64,000 nt of DNA from Octopus sinensis (GCF_006345805.1 NC_043014.1:51584001-51648000); one strand, 5' to 3'. Shown: positions 13,645 through 27,447, numbered from the stretch's first letter. Notes: generated by a model not told the origin, from the letters alone. Made by a program: numbers and translations.

Positions 13645-15381
13645 ATAATGGAATTTTTTAGAAATTTCTGACGGCTTTTTTCGAGTAGCGTGCGTATTGT
13701 GATATATTATATGGTAATGGACAACATTTTCGGCATTAGAAATGTTTTCCTTTGCCCTTATTTATAAGTTGTATATATATATATAACAGTTAAGTGCCTT
13801 AAAATGTCATTCCCCAGTAGTAGAACCTTGTGTTGATGGTTATTTTGTCAACAATTTTATGATTAATATTTTAATTTTACACACATTTGTGCCTTTATTT
13901 GAAATATCGAAAGGGTATATTAATAACCGTGAGCATGTGTACACACGCATAAAGAATCTATAAGTATACATGTAGCCTTGCGTTTTCACACAAAATGCAA
14001 AGTGTCTTCATACTCGGACATAGCCATCAAATAAATGTTAACAAACGCCATTTTTTTGCCTAACAGATTTAACCGAAACACAACTTTTATTGTCAGCGCT
14101 GACACTCTCTGCCATTAGTCAGTCAGTAAAGGAAAATCATAGAGCTTTGAATATAATGTAAAAACAAAGAAGAATTATGCATCGCTGGTCTGTATTCAAA
14201 TACAGTGGATCTTTATATGCAGCAGGAAAAATAATGATTCCTTTTATAACAAGAAAAGCAAAATAAATGAAACATGAATTGAAATTATTTGTCAGATGGC
14301 ATCAGAAAAAATACCAAACAACAAAGTAATCTGTGTGAGAGGTGGCAGCTGTTACAATCTCCTAAACATTTGGAACGAAAATTGAAACAAAAAATTTCAA
14401 ATGCAACACGTTTAGATTTTCTTTATCCTCAGAAAATATGAATTAAAAAAAAAACAAGCCCAAAAATGGAGATTCTGTATTTGACAGGTGTTAAATCTCA
14501 ACCGTCACCATACAAGAATATAATTTTAAAAATATGCATATTTATTTTAGTCATACCATTTTCCGGCGTGCTTTACATTTCTTCTTCTCATGTCGTTACA
14601 GCTTGACTTTTTTTCCTGTTTCTTTAAACCAAGAGCTTATGATTAAGTTCAAAAAAAAAAAGAAGCGCCGCAAAGAAAATGAAACAAAAAATATGAGAAC
14701 ATTATTGTATCGAGAAACCGCTTAGGTTTTCAGGGTTTTTCCCTAGCTTGCACATTCTATTATTGACATCACTCCTCATACTTCGCAGATCGACGTTCTA
14801 CTGACTTAATAATGTAAATTTCTTCCATTTTCTCCTATGTTTAAAATGTCAGATTTATTTTTTCGGATTTTTTTTTATTATTATTAGCTTTATAGCTTGC
14901 TGGAAAAAAGCTGCAACACTTTAGAAGAGAATGTAAAATTACTATATTCTAAAATTTCTATTTTTTGAAATAAAATGTTCTTCTGCGATTGTTTCTCTTC
15001 TGTAAGGCGGTGAGCTGGGAGAATCGTCAGCACATTGGACAAATAGCTTAGCGGCAATTCTTCAGGCATTATTTTCCGAGATCAAATTCCACCGAGGTAG
15101 CCTTTACATTTTATCATTTCAGGATTGATAAAATAAGTAACACTCAAGCACTGGGCCTGTAATGGAAACGATTATTTCTCTTGTATCGGAGAGTAAGTGA
15201 GGAGAGAGAATGAAATGAAGAGAGTCAGAGAGAGTATGTGAAAGAGAGAGATCGTGGGAGAGAAAAATACAGATTAGTTTTGAAAGCGAGGCAACAGCAC
15301 AGCGCATGGGAACAGTGTTGTGAGAACCGACAATAGATAACAGGATAGGAGGAGCCTACATTGCAGAACAAAGTAGAAATT

Positions 15382-15426
<45 letters not shown>

Positions 15427-15494
15427 GATGATAAATCTCAGAGCGAGTTATAAACAGTAGTAGCAACACATCGTGACGTATATTTGTCATTTGA

Positions 15495-15720
15495 ATATGG
15501 CTAACCCCTAAGGGTGGATGCCACTATAGTTTGTAGCCCCAGGAGGACACCTCCTCCAGCTGGCTATAGACACACTTTCTGTGTCCTATCAGTATTTGCG
15601 AAGGGAAGCCATCCTTCCCGTCTGCAACTTATGATACACACGGATTCCAGTATCAGGGTATTGACCCGTCATCGGCGTGTGACAATCATAGTTGTCGATG
15701 AGAAGTCGGTTCCCTTCAAA
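15495..15720 (+). repeat. ~225-bp multi-hairpin dispersed repeat of unknown class
   Basis: Successive hairpins aggagg/cctcct, gacaca/tgtgtc, gaaggga/tccttc and gacaa/ttgtc. Confidence 0.45.
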
Positions 15721-16795
15721 AATACATACATATATATATAATTTAGAGGATTGAGCACTAAAAGTAGACAGCCTGTATGCTAGATATAGACGTCAAAATT
15801 GCCATTTTCCGCGGAGAGTGTTTTCAAGAAAAAATTCAGCAAAAGACAAAGGCGTTGGCAGGGACAACAACAGAAGAGTGGGCAACAGGTTGAGGCAGTT
15901 CAGTCGGTAGAGGTTTAAATTCACTACAGCATAATGCTTTCTACTATATTCACAAAGCCAGAAGTTTTGGGGGAGAGGCCTAGTCGACTAGATGGACCCT
16001 AAAGCTCAAATAGTACATATTTTATTGACTCAGAAAGGATGGAAGGCAAAGTCACAGCAGAAAACTGAGCCTATAATACAGTAGAGTAAGAAATGTCGCG
16101 AAGGATTTTGTCCGGCCGCTAAAGATTCTGTCCGTTCATTACGTCATAATGCAATACTCTGATTATCAAATACACAGACATAAAGACAAACATTAAAATA
16201 TATCATAATGGGCCTCAGCGCCATGTCATAGGGTAGTCTAACCGAGGTTTTTTCACGAGAGACTCAAGGTGCCCTGTCGTTACACCAAATCCTGTAACTC
16301 GCAATTGCGCAAAACACTTTTTAACCAGTGAAAAATATCTACGGGAAGTCGCTTAAAATATCAACGTCTCATTATTTTCTTACGCTGCTTGTACATTATC
16401 ATTTCTCGAGTGAACGACAAATGTAAAAGTACTTCCTGTTTATGTTTCATCACAAAAATAATGTATGTATATATAATAATTATATACAATGCAGGGCGTT
16501 AGCTTATCTAGTTAAATCAATGCAATTATAACAAAAGCTCTATGGTGTGGTAACTTTTCAAAATATTGGCAATTATTTACGTCTCTAATTCAAACTTAAA
16601 GTTATGATACAGTAAGATGCGAGATGACGAATGGTTTGTAATCCTTGTGAGGAAATGGTCGTGATATCTCCTTCAGATCTTGTTCTACCGATTGTGGGAG
16701 AAATACGCTCAGAAAAATTAGCAAATCTCGAATCTTTATCTTTTATCTCTCACTGGCGTGGTCACTCATTTTGTCCGGCATGCTAACGACTCTTC

Positions 16796-16827
<32 letters not shown>

Positions 16828-17704
16828 TACCATTATTATCTTCCACTCTTCTTCCTCCTTTCCTTTCTCTTCGAATTATTAATGTATATCGCTTGATATT
16901 TAAAACAAACAAATGCACTAGATTATTCGCCAACTCTCAGCAAGAACGTTCTGTGAAGAGTCGGGATTGGAGGTCATCAAAAATTAGGACGCACGATTTA
17001 TTGACTCATACGAGTTGAGGACTAAAATAAACAGAAATTAAAATAAACATTATTGCCGGGACATCTACAATCGGTTCATGTATCTGGGTTTCAAAGTGCA
17101 AATTATCTTTGAATAGAAATCTCATTATCATTAACCCACAAACCGACCAATGTTTAGGAAAGTGAAAAAACAGAGACCCGAGAAGAATGTTATTTCAAGT
17201 GTCTGTACACTAAATATATACAGACACGTACACACATACATATGCCCCGTGCAGGCATGTATATTTATAAACTATACGGATGCATGTATATTTATATATG
17301 TCTAAACGGAGAAATGTAGTGAGAGAGGTTGTTGAGTAACAGCTTCAAGAGATATATCCGTGCACTTGCACGCACTTACGGCCAAATATATACGTGTGGA
17401 TATGCGCACAAACACGCAGACGCACAGAAACATATGATCGGGTAAATGCAAAACAAGGAGGAAGAAATAGCACTCAAGTACCAAAGGCAGAGTAATATAC
17501 TGTCATTAAAATATTGAATAATCTTCACAATATTTTACTCAGTGCTTCACGTGAACGTTTATCAGATAATTGTAATAACGTGGATTAATTAAGTTATGTA
17601 ATTAAATTAATAATTTAATTTTCTCTTTTATCACAACAGTCGGGTGAACGATCACGTGGAACTCTAACTCCTTCAGTAAAATAGGATATATATATGTATA
17701 TATA

Positions 17705-18075
17705 TATGGTAAGAAACTTGCTTTCCAACCACATGGTTCCAGGTTCAGTCTCACTCTGTGGCACGTTGAGCTAGTGTCTTCTAATATAACCTCGAGCCGA
17801 CTAAGGTCTTGTGAGTAGATTTGGACGACGGAAACTGAAAGAAGACCTTCGTCTATGTATGTACGTGTGTATTTGTGTGTCTGTGTTTGTCCCCACACCA
17901 TCACTTGACAACACATGTTGGTGTGTTGCGGTCCCCGTAAGGGAGCGGTTCGGCAAACGATGCCGAGAGCATAAGTACTTGGCTTACAAAGAATAAGTTT
18001 TGGGGTCGACCTGTTCGACTAAAGGCGGTGATCGAGCATGGCCGCAATCAAATGACTGAAACAAATAAAAGCATA
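17705..18075 (+). mobile_element. SINE S2, older copy
   Basis: Diverged match over the full length. Confidence 0.8.
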
Positions 18076-18227
18076 AAGTAATATACATACAGGCCGTTGC
18101 CAAAGTAGGGTTACAGTATCACTTGAATGTTATGACACTTAATTCATTAAAATTTTAAAAACATTAAATTAGTTAGCCTCATTTTTTATATTTTCAGTGT
18201 CATTAATCATAATAATACATTTTTGAT

Positions 18228-18613
18228 GTGGAGGCACAATGGCCCAGTGGTTAGGGCAGTGGACTCGCGGTCATAGAATCGCGGTTTCGATTCCCAGACC
18301 GGGCGTTGTGAGTGTTTATTGAGCGAAAACACCTAAAAGCTTCACGAAGCTCCGGCAGGGGATGGTGGTGATCCCTGCTGTACTCTTTCACCACAACTTT
18401 CTCTCACTCTTACTTCCTGTTTCTGTTGTACCTGTATTTCAAGGGGCCGGCCTTGTCACACTCTGTGTCACGCTGAATATCCTCGAGAACTACGTTAAGG
18501 GTGCACGTGTCTGTGGAGTGCTCAGCCACTTACACGTTAATTTCACGAGCATACTGTTCCATTGATTCGGATCAACCGGAACCCTCATCGTCGTAACCGA
18601 CGGAGTGCTTCCA
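18228..18613 (+). mobile_element. tRNA-derived SINE family S1 (octopus OR-like), full length
   Basis: tRNA-like head with A-box-like tggcccagtgg and B-box-like ggtttcgattcc. 17-bp TSD aataatacatttttgat at 18211-18227 and 18615-18631. Confidence 0.9.
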
Positions 18614-19274
18614 CAATAATACATTTTTGATAACTATAACTTTTATCGTAGAGTTTACTTTTTTAATGAAATTAAATCAGCGCGTTTCAGAAGAGAAAAT
18701 TTAGGTTGATGCTGACAATCGGTGCTGAGGTGTCAGGTGGTATCTTCAAGGTACAACGCGTGTAGGCGACATATATGTTACGTAGGTGTGATTTGAGGGA
18801 AATTTGGCTGTTAGTTCAAGTAAGCAAATACACAACGAAGAATTTTTTTTTTCTTATAAGCATTATTCGGCATCAGATATTTATGCAAAATGTATACCAA
18901 TTAAGCGGCGATTTCCCAGCTCTGAGAGTTTCTGTATTAATCTTCTGTACTGAATCTGAGATTTACTTTCGGCAAATATATATTTAATAGAATGCGTCAA
19001 ACATTTACGATTACACCCGCACGACAATATATTTCATGCTAGCTTGTTACTCTGAAAATCGTGATAATGTATTAAGGACATCCACGAAGCTGTGGAAGCA
19101 GCTGCAGTGGATAGGAATAACTTGTTTATCCTTGTATTACAGGCCTACAAGAATTTTGTACCTCGTTGATATTTTTTTTATTTATCCGTTATTGTGTTTC
19201 CGTATGTACGTGTAACAGAATGTATACATACAGCCACCCCCACATATCTGTCTGTCTGTCTGTCTCTCTCTCTT

Positions 19275-19490
19275 CTTTACATTATTTACATTCGGCGGAT
19301 ATTTGTCCTCATCTTGTTTGTTGTTAACACACCTTTTCGGTTGATATACCCTCCAGCCTTCTTCAGGTGTCTCGGGGAAATTTCAAGCCTGTGTTCTCAT
19401 TCCTAAGGTATTCTTCGATGTTATTATAATAATAATAATTATTATTGTTCAGGTCATTACTTGGAATCAAATTCGGAATCTTAGGGTTCC
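19275..19490 (-). mobile_element. Family A element with putative tRNA-like head, (AAT)n linker and degenerate HHR (19328-19370)
   Basis: Reverse complement aaccctaagattccgaatttgattcc..gacctgaac-(aat)n-...acac-CTGAAGA-AGGCTGGAGGGTATATCAACC-GAAAAGGT-gtgt. Confidence 0.6.
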
Positions 19491-19605
19491 AAATTTCCTC
19501 AAGACACCTGATGAAACCTGGAGGGTATATCAGCCGAAACGTTGTGTTAACAACAAGGTGAGGACAAATATCCGTCGAATGTAAATAAAGTAACTAACGT
19601 ACATA
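19491..19605 (+). mobile_element. Family A partial copy in inverted orientation; HHR at 19504-19547
   Basis: acac-CTGATGA-AACCTGGAGGGTATATCAGCC-GAAAC-GTT-gtgt. It abuts the minus-strand copy directly. Confidence 0.65.
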
Positions 19606-21098
19606 ATTCTTCATCTCTTAAAAATAATACTGTGTCTCTCTCTCTCTCTGTCTGTTGATATATATGTTTGACTCCATAGTCTCTCGAGTTCCAGAAGTAC
19701 GATTCTGCAATTTATTGCTGACCAACTCACCGAATTGTTTTGTTTATAGTGGCCAAAGGTGTAGGCTATACGTTAACTCATTGCTTCCATCATATTAACA
19801 CTGCCTCTACAGAAGCATGGTGTGCTACACTCGAGATTTCAGAGGGAGCACAGTGCAGCTAGCTTAAAATGAAATGTTTTGCCAAAAGCATACGCACTAC
19901 CAGGTCTCCGAACTGAAACCACGATCTCCCGATCTTAATACACAGTCCCTACTATATAAACAGCCCCTACTATATAAACACACACACACACCACGTTTTA
20001 ATAGCGTTACTCCATTATTGTTGCATTGTTGCAGCTCTCGAACTAAAACCGGTTAAGGCATTATATATATATATATATATATATACACGCACACGAGTGT
20101 GTGTGTGTTTGTATGTTGTGTGTATATCCCTGGACATACACATGTTAACAACAACGAATGATATTTTCGATAAGCTTTTTTTTTCTTTTCTTTTTTTTTT
20201 GGTAATTTTAATCTCAAAATGGACAAGGTTTGCTACTTTGATTAACCAGCATATTTTAATTAATTTTGCAAATTTTCCTTCGTTCTTTTGTTACGTAATG
20301 CTTTGATGTCAGATGAAGAAGGAATTGTGTGGTGTAGTATAAAAAGAACAGAACAGAAAACAAGGAGGTATTGGAAGAATAAAGCGAATGAAACGAGTGG
20401 GACAGTGCAACGAAAATGAGCGGAGAATGTGAATGGATGCTGGAAAGTACATTATCCGTTTGCTTTATATAGATTTTAATTTGTCAAGAAATTATGATTT
20501 CATGTAGAGAGAAAGAGAGGGAGCGGGGAGTGAGATAGTGAGAAATTGGTGAATTGGGAGAGATCAATCGAAAGAAGTAAATAGGGAGATAGGGAAGGAA
20601 AGAGATGTGGATGATTAGTAAAGTGTCTCGTATCAGATATGAAGGGATTTGAATTAAGGACAGAAAGAAAATTTGATGGATTGAGAGAGATCAATGAAAA
20701 CACAATGAGGGAGAAAGACAGACAGGGAGTTAGATGAGCGAGAGAAAGAAGATGTATGAGTGATGGAAGTTAAATCTGCACTAAGACTGATGAGAAAACA
20801 CGAAAAGGGGAGGATAATGAATAATAGCTAATGAATAATAGCGGCTTGTATACAGATTGAACTGGAAACTGCATATAAAAGTTTCCATGTCTAAAATCAC
20901 ACATAAATATTATATGTGCATTGTGTATGTACTGGGCTTTCAAATTAAGCTTCGGCTCTGTTTCCCACCAAGCAAAACGTTAAGGTCCATTAGTACTGAG
21001 CTTCTGTATAAATTCCACTTTACTGTCAGTAAATGCTTACGTTTCTTCCACTCAAATGTCCTTTAAAATAATAACGTAATATATATATATATATATAT

Positions 21099-21304
21099 GT
21101 GACCTCGTGAGTACCGCTGGCGATTTTTTTCCCTCTGTCTTCCCTTCTCTGGATCTTTCCTTCTCCTATGTTTCTGACGAAGAGCTCCGCTCGAAACGTT
21201 AAACCCTCCTTCTTCCCTTCTTTCCTGAGCGTCCAATAATACTTTATTTGTTCCACGTCCTCCCGCTGTTGTGTTTTTTTATGTTTTCTTGTTTGGATTA
21301 ACTC
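21099..21304 (+). mobile_element. Family B ~200-bp hammerhead-bearing element, (TA)n-flanked; HHR at 21170-21204
   Basis: gttt-CTGACGA-A-GAGC-tcc-GCTC-GAAAC-GTT-aaac. Sister copies at 38355 and 55752, and a tail fragment at 1-25. Confidence 0.75.
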
Positions 21305-21306
21305 TA

Positions 21307-21555
21307 TATATATATACAAGCAGTATCGCCCGGCGTTGCTCGTGTTTGTTTCGACCCTTTAGAATTGGAATTTTCGAAAAGTAAAAGATTTGCATTATGT
21401 AGCTTGTGTATACTCTTTAAGTGAACATTTTTCTGGTTGAAATACACCAAAAACTGGCGACACAGCAGTCAACAAATCGTAAAAAATAGGGATTTTCACA
21501 GAAATATTTTTTGGTGTTAACATGGTCCGATTTGAATTTTTTCTTCTACGGGACT
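21307..21555 (+). mobile_element. Helitron/Helentron-like non-autonomous fragment
   Basis: Begins aagcagtatcgcccggcgttgctcg after (TA)n, resembling the (T)ACTAGC..CCCGGCGTTGC termini of HINE/DINE-type elements. Truncated. Confidence 0.45.
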
Positions 21556-22287
21556 GAACCCGGAACTATCTGGTTGGGAAGCAAGTTTCTTACCACACAC
21601 CCACAATTATTCGAGCGAACCACTTTAATATTGGCAATGTTGACACTCGATTCCATTTTATCCATTTTGGATGTGAATTAAAAATATATATATATGTGTG
21701 TGCGTGTGTTTCTCACAAGTCACATGTCTCACTACTATGGAAATCAATGCACACATGGTCATTGTCATTATGTTTGTGTGTATACATGTAATTACGTTCA
21801 TAGGTACTTATATATGTCTGTGTGTATATGTATGTATGCGTGGGCGTGCGTGTATACGTGTGGGTGTGCATTATACGTTTCAGGAAGTGAAGTAAATGTA
21901 ATCTCGAAGTTTCTATTGGCTAAACTTCTCTCAAGGATGCCAGGCCAAAACCTCGAAGCCACTGTATATCATTGTCTGGGAAAATTGCACAGTTTCAAGT
22001 GAAATTATTTGTAATTTCACTTGACACACATACCCAAACACACAAGCGCACACATACACACATATATATGTATGTATAAATTACATTGCTGTGGGTTACA
22101 AAAGGAGTGGTAAACAGACTTAGAATGGGGAAGTGGGATATATTTGAGAAATAGGAGACTTAGATTTAGATTTGCAAAGATAAGGTGAATGTAATGAGAA
22201 GGAAATATAAATATAGATTTTATGTGAGGAACTAGAAGTGAAACACAAAAGATATCAACACGACGTAACAATTAGATAGATAGAGCG

Positions 22288-22330
<43 letters not shown>

Positions 22331-23099
22331 AAGAGCGAGATAGAGAGAGATGTATAAAGCAGACAGATTTATGTGGTGAGAGTAGGTGAACCGAAAGCAG
22401 ACTAAAACCAAGGAAATAATATGGTTTGTTACAAACGTAAAAGAATCTAAAGTAACGGTTGGAAATCGGGAGAAAAGACAAAGATTTGAGGAAATACAAT
22501 TAGAGATTGTTAGAATAAAAGGCATGTGTGTAATGAATGTCTCTAGAGACTGAATTAAATTTGGATAGAATTCCTCAAAGAAGGAAGCAGAGAGAAAGAG
22601 GGTAGAAAGAGGGGTGTTTCAGAGAACGACGGCAAATGAGAGAATAATTGGTTGTATGGGAAGTAGTTCTTAATTATATATTCGTTATAATTATTTCAGA
22701 TATGCTAGAAATTTATAAATTTATACCGATAAGTAAAAAGATTAAGACAAAAGGGACAATGGTGTAATTGGTGTATCATAATGAGCGAGCTGCTATCGCT
22801 TCTCTGAATGAAGGAAATAATGTACGAAGAAGCTTAATGAATGAACGACTATTTCACACTATAAGCAACCACCCCAGCTATATATAATATATATATATAT
22901 ATAATATATATATTCATAGATATACAGACAGATGTGCGTGTGTGGGAATAGATATGTTTATATATATCTGTACGCATATATCTGAATATGCATGTATGTC
23001 TGCGTATGTATGTATATATGTGTATATATATATACGTAAATATTTGCACGTATATATATATAGTATGTGTGTGTTATTCTAAGACGATTTTGTTGTCTC

Positions 23100-23170
23100 C
23101 TGGTCTATTCTTTCTGTGGAAGAGCTTGTGCTCGAAACATAAAATGCATTTCTATCTATTTTGAATAAGT
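23100..23170 (+). mobile_element. Degenerate family C-like hammerhead motif (23109-23145)
   Basis: tcttt-CTGTGGA-A-GAGC-ttgt-GCTC-GAAAC-ATA-aaatg. Confidence 0.55.
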
Positions 23171-23989
23171 GTAAAAGTTATAGTTTCTTGGCCTGTTCGA
23201 TATTTTTCTCCCATGTATGTATGTATGTATGTATGTATGTATGTATGTATGTATGTATGTATGTATGTATGTATGTATGTATGTATCTATGCATGCATGC
23301 ATGCATGCATGCATGCATGCATGTATGATTTTCTGTCCAAACGCGTGGTTGTTCCAATGGAAGTGGGAAGCCCCTCTGAAGTTGTCACAGCGTATCACCA
23401 GGGGAGGGAATCTCTGATAGAAAACCTGTGACACTGACAATATTCAATGATGCAGACTAGTCCTTCTTTCAGAGTTTATGTTGTCCATGATCAGAAAGTG
23501 CGATTGTGTTTGTGCAAATCTTTCCCCCACATAAAAAAAACCAACGGTCACAGGCATCGCTTGAAATAGAAAAGGAAGACCTATTGTGAAAATGGCTGGT
23601 CGTAGCCTTCACATGTCTGGGACTTTCGATGAAGCGATGGCAATACTCAAACACTAGTTTTCAGCCATCACCTATTGGATGTATGGATGGATGGATGTAT
23701 GCATGGATGGATGGATGGATGTGAGAAGTAAATACTGTTAATAAAAGGATGAATGAAGGAGCGAACGAATATATTTCATGGTGATCAACATGTATTAGTT
23801 TCTAATGGTAACGCAAACACTAAATCAAAATAAAAGTAAGGAATAGTGGAATGAACGAATGAATTAGCGAACGAATAGAAGCTTTCTTTTTTTTTTTTTT
23901 TCGGAATAATGAATGTAATTCCTTTCCTACTGAAAAACGAAGAAGAAAATATAACAAACAAACGTGCAAGCAGGAACCCAAAATTAATT

Positions 23990-26690
23990 ATAATAGTGGC
24001 AATAATGATGGCGATGATGATGATGACAATACTAATAATAATAATACTAATAATAATGATAATAATAATAATAATGACAATTATAATTATAGTTTCTGAT
24101 ATAATAATGATACAAATATCAGAATAATAATAATAGTAGTAGTAGTAATAATAAGGATAATAACGATAATGATTTCTGAATTAATAATAACAATAACATC
24201 CATATCGCTAATAATGATAACAGTTGCTACCGATTTAATGATAATAATGATGATGATGATGTTAATGATAATAATGATTGTTTCTGATGTGAGGATGATG
24301 ATGATGATGGTGACAAATATAATAGAAAGAAGGAAAATAAATAGTAAATAAAGGGCCAAGTTGTTTTTTGTGTGTGTGTTTGTGTGTGTGTTTTTAAAGT
24401 GAATGTATTCGTTTAATTATGAATTCATGTTTCCATGAAAGGAGTACATCTAACGTGAAGGAAAAAAGAAACAGAAGCATTCGACTATGAAGAATTCACA
24501 ATGCAACGATTTTAAAAACGGTATCTTGAAATAACATGAAGAATGAAAAAGGTGACATCAAGAATATCGTCATCATCAGTATCATCATCATCATCACAAT
24601 CTTTAACTACGACGGCACAAACTGCAACAACAACGACAACAACAGCAACCACAGAGCAGCAACAATGAAGGATTTTTCGACAATAATAGCCAGAAACGAC
24701 GCAAGATTTAACATCAGCAACTATAACGACAATCTAATCTATAATATCAATAAAAATAACAATCACAATTTAATGAAAAACTAAAAAAAAATAAGAAAAC
24801 AAGGGTAAAGGAGAACAAAAAAATATTAAGGACAAATTTATGAAAAAATTTTTTAATTCAAATGTTTATCTTAAATGGATGGTGGTGTTGGTGGGGTTGA
24901 TATTGTGGTGGGTGGGAGTGTAGGTGAGAACGGCGCTCGACCTATGCAATTGGTTGACTAATGCACTGCAGTGGTGATAATATCGGAGATGGTAGTGATG
25001 TCGTATAGGTGGTGGTGGTGGTGGTGGTACTGGAATGGTTAATAGGGAAGTCGGAGACGTGGCAGAAACGTTAGCGCGTCGGGCGAAATACTTAGCGGTA
25101 TTTCGTGTGTCGTTACGTTCTGAGTTCAAATTCCGCGGAGGTCGACTTTGCCTTTCATCCTTTCGGGGTCTATAAATTAAGTACCAATTGCGCACTGGGG
25201 TCGATGTATTCGACGTAATTCGTTGTCTTTCCTTGTTTGTCCCTTCTCCTTGTGGGTAGTAAAGAAATAGTTATTTCGTCTGTCGTTACGTTCTGAGTTC
25301 AAATTCCGCGGAGGTCGACTCTGCCTTTCATCCTTTCAGGGTCGATAAATAAGTACCAGTTACGCACTGGGATCGATATAATCGACTTAATCAGTTTGTC
25401 TGTCCTTGTTTGTCCCCTTCTATGTTTAGCCCCTTGTGGGTAGTAAAGAAATAGGATATCTTAGTTGTAGTCTTACTGGAGGTCTTCTTCGTGATACTGG
25501 TAGTGGTGGTGGTGGAGGCAAGAGTAATAGCGGTGGTGGCGGTGAGAGTAATATTGATTGTTTCTGATGCTACAAGTTGTGATATTTGTGTTGCTAATGT
25601 TGATGATAAACAGTTTAGGCGTAGTGGTAGTGGAAACGGACGTCGGTTGGTGGTGGTGCTGGCGTTGATATTGTGCGCGAAGTTGGAAAACCATCTGCGT
25701 TGCTGGTAGAGGTGTTGGTATTCTTAGTGGTGGTGGTGACGGCGGTGTCTCTAACGATAGTGGAGGTGGTGGAGGTGGAGGTGGTGGTGGTGGAGGTGGA
25801 GATGGTGGTGGTGTATGTATTATATGTGTGAGAGATGGAAGAATGATGAGTGTGGTGGCACCGACGGCAGCAGTAGGAGAGTCGGTGATAGCGATAGTGA
25901 TGATGGTTATGCTGATGGTCTCGGTAATGGTAGTGGACAGTGGGGGGGGGTGTTAAAAGGGCTCGTCACGTGACGGGCAATGATGAGCAGGCTACTGGTG
26001 GTGATGCTGAAAGTGGTGGCAAAGGTATAGGTAGTAGCGTTGATGTATGTAGTGGTATTGGTGCTGCTATTGATAGTGGTGGTCATGTTGACGATAATCT
26101 TGTCTTAATTGTAATGCGGTTGTTGTTGTTGTTGATGATGATGGTGGTGGTGATGGGGTGTGACGGATGGTGGTAATGATGATGTTTATGGAACGCTAGG
26201 TGGTGAGTGGGCGGAGGATATTTCTGCAAAACAAAAAAAACCCCAAAAAACAAATCTTTATATCGCTTTATCTTTAAGAAAACAAGGTTTTAGGAAAACA
26301 CTTTAGAAAACAAAACATTATTGAATGGTGCGGAAGCGGGGGTGGTGGCGCGGGTGGTGGTGGGGGAAGAGATTGAATGCACAGGAGGTAATCGTGATTG
26401 ATGGTGATAATGATGTTCGTGTCGATAATGAGGATGGCAATGAGGATGATAATAAGGTGGAAGACGAAAAACTAGAAGAGAAATGTTAGAGATGATGATG
26501 ATGATGATGATGATGAAGATAAAAGTGTTGGTGGTTGCAATGGTGGGGATTATTACAATGGCGAGGTTGAGGGAGATGACTGAGACGAATGTTGATGACA
26601 GTGATGATGATGATGATGATGATGATGTGAGAATGTTGACGGTGCCGAAAGTATTAAAAACAATAATAATAATCATCTACAATAGAATTC
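23990..26690. repeat. Domain of degenerate trinucleotide repeats (ATA/ATG/GGT/AAC)
   Basis: Mixed tracts at 23990-24340, 24560-24780, 25480-26200 and 26330-26690. Confidence 0.8.
25048..25455 (+). mobile_element. SINE S3, head plus two body modules
   Basis: The body restarts after aaagaaatag at about 25270. Confidence 0.85.
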
Positions 26691-26827
26691 TGCTTATCGA
26701 TTAGCGCCTACTTATGTTTATTTGTTCGAATGTTACGTTTTCGGATCTAACCTATATTCCAAAAAACGGGAACTCTGACGGCGATGATCCACAATATTCA
26801 AAACAACCAACAAGAATAATATAAGAG

Positions 26828-27211
26828 GAGGAGGTGCAATGGCACAGTGGTTAGGTCAGCGGACTCGCGGTCGTAGGATCGCGGTTTCGATTCCCAGACC
26901 GGGCGTTGTGAGTGTTTATTGAGCGAAAACACCTAAAAGCTCCACGATGCTCCGACAGGGATGGTGGTGATCCCTGCTGTACTCTTTCACCACAACTTTC
27001 TCTCACTCTTACTTCCTGTTTCTGTTGTACCTGTATTTCAAAGGGCCGGCCTTGTCACTCTCTGTGTCACGCTGAATATCCCCGAGAACTACGTTAAGGG
27101 TACACGTGTCTGTGGAGTGCTCAGCCACTTACACGTTAATTTCACGAGCAGGCTGTACCGTTGATCGGATCAACCGGAACCCTCGTCGTCGTAATCGACG
27201 GAATGCTTCCA
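26828..27211 (+). mobile_element. SINE S1, full length
   Basis: Aligns end to end with 18228-18613. Possible short TSD ataagagga. Confidence 0.9.
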
Positions 27212-27447
27212 AAAAATAAGAGGAAATGGTCCAATAACCGTGGAACGAAGTCAGTGTATTCTATAGAGGTTCGGTTCCACATTCTGATGGCGTTACCCAA
27301 CACGGTCGTCACCTGTCTAATAAGTTATACGCTTCCCTTTTCAAAAGGACAAAATAATCGATCTTCGTAGCATTTTGCTTACATCGACAAATCACCTCCA
27401 CCAACATACACACACATAAACGTTCACCAATGGACGTATACCTACAA

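Noticed and set aside
18228-18305. tRNA-like sequences at the SINE heads
   Set aside because: Each runs into a SINE body and lacks a complete cloverleaf and terminator, so none is called a tRNA gene.
18088-18765. Possible Tc1/mariner MITE hosting the S1 insertion
   Set aside because: The putative terminal inverted repeats match only over about 10 bp.
25740-25810. GGT/GGA-rich tract as a G-quadruplex
   Set aside because: It has only GG runs within a degenerate trinucleotide microsatellite, with no specific evidence of function.
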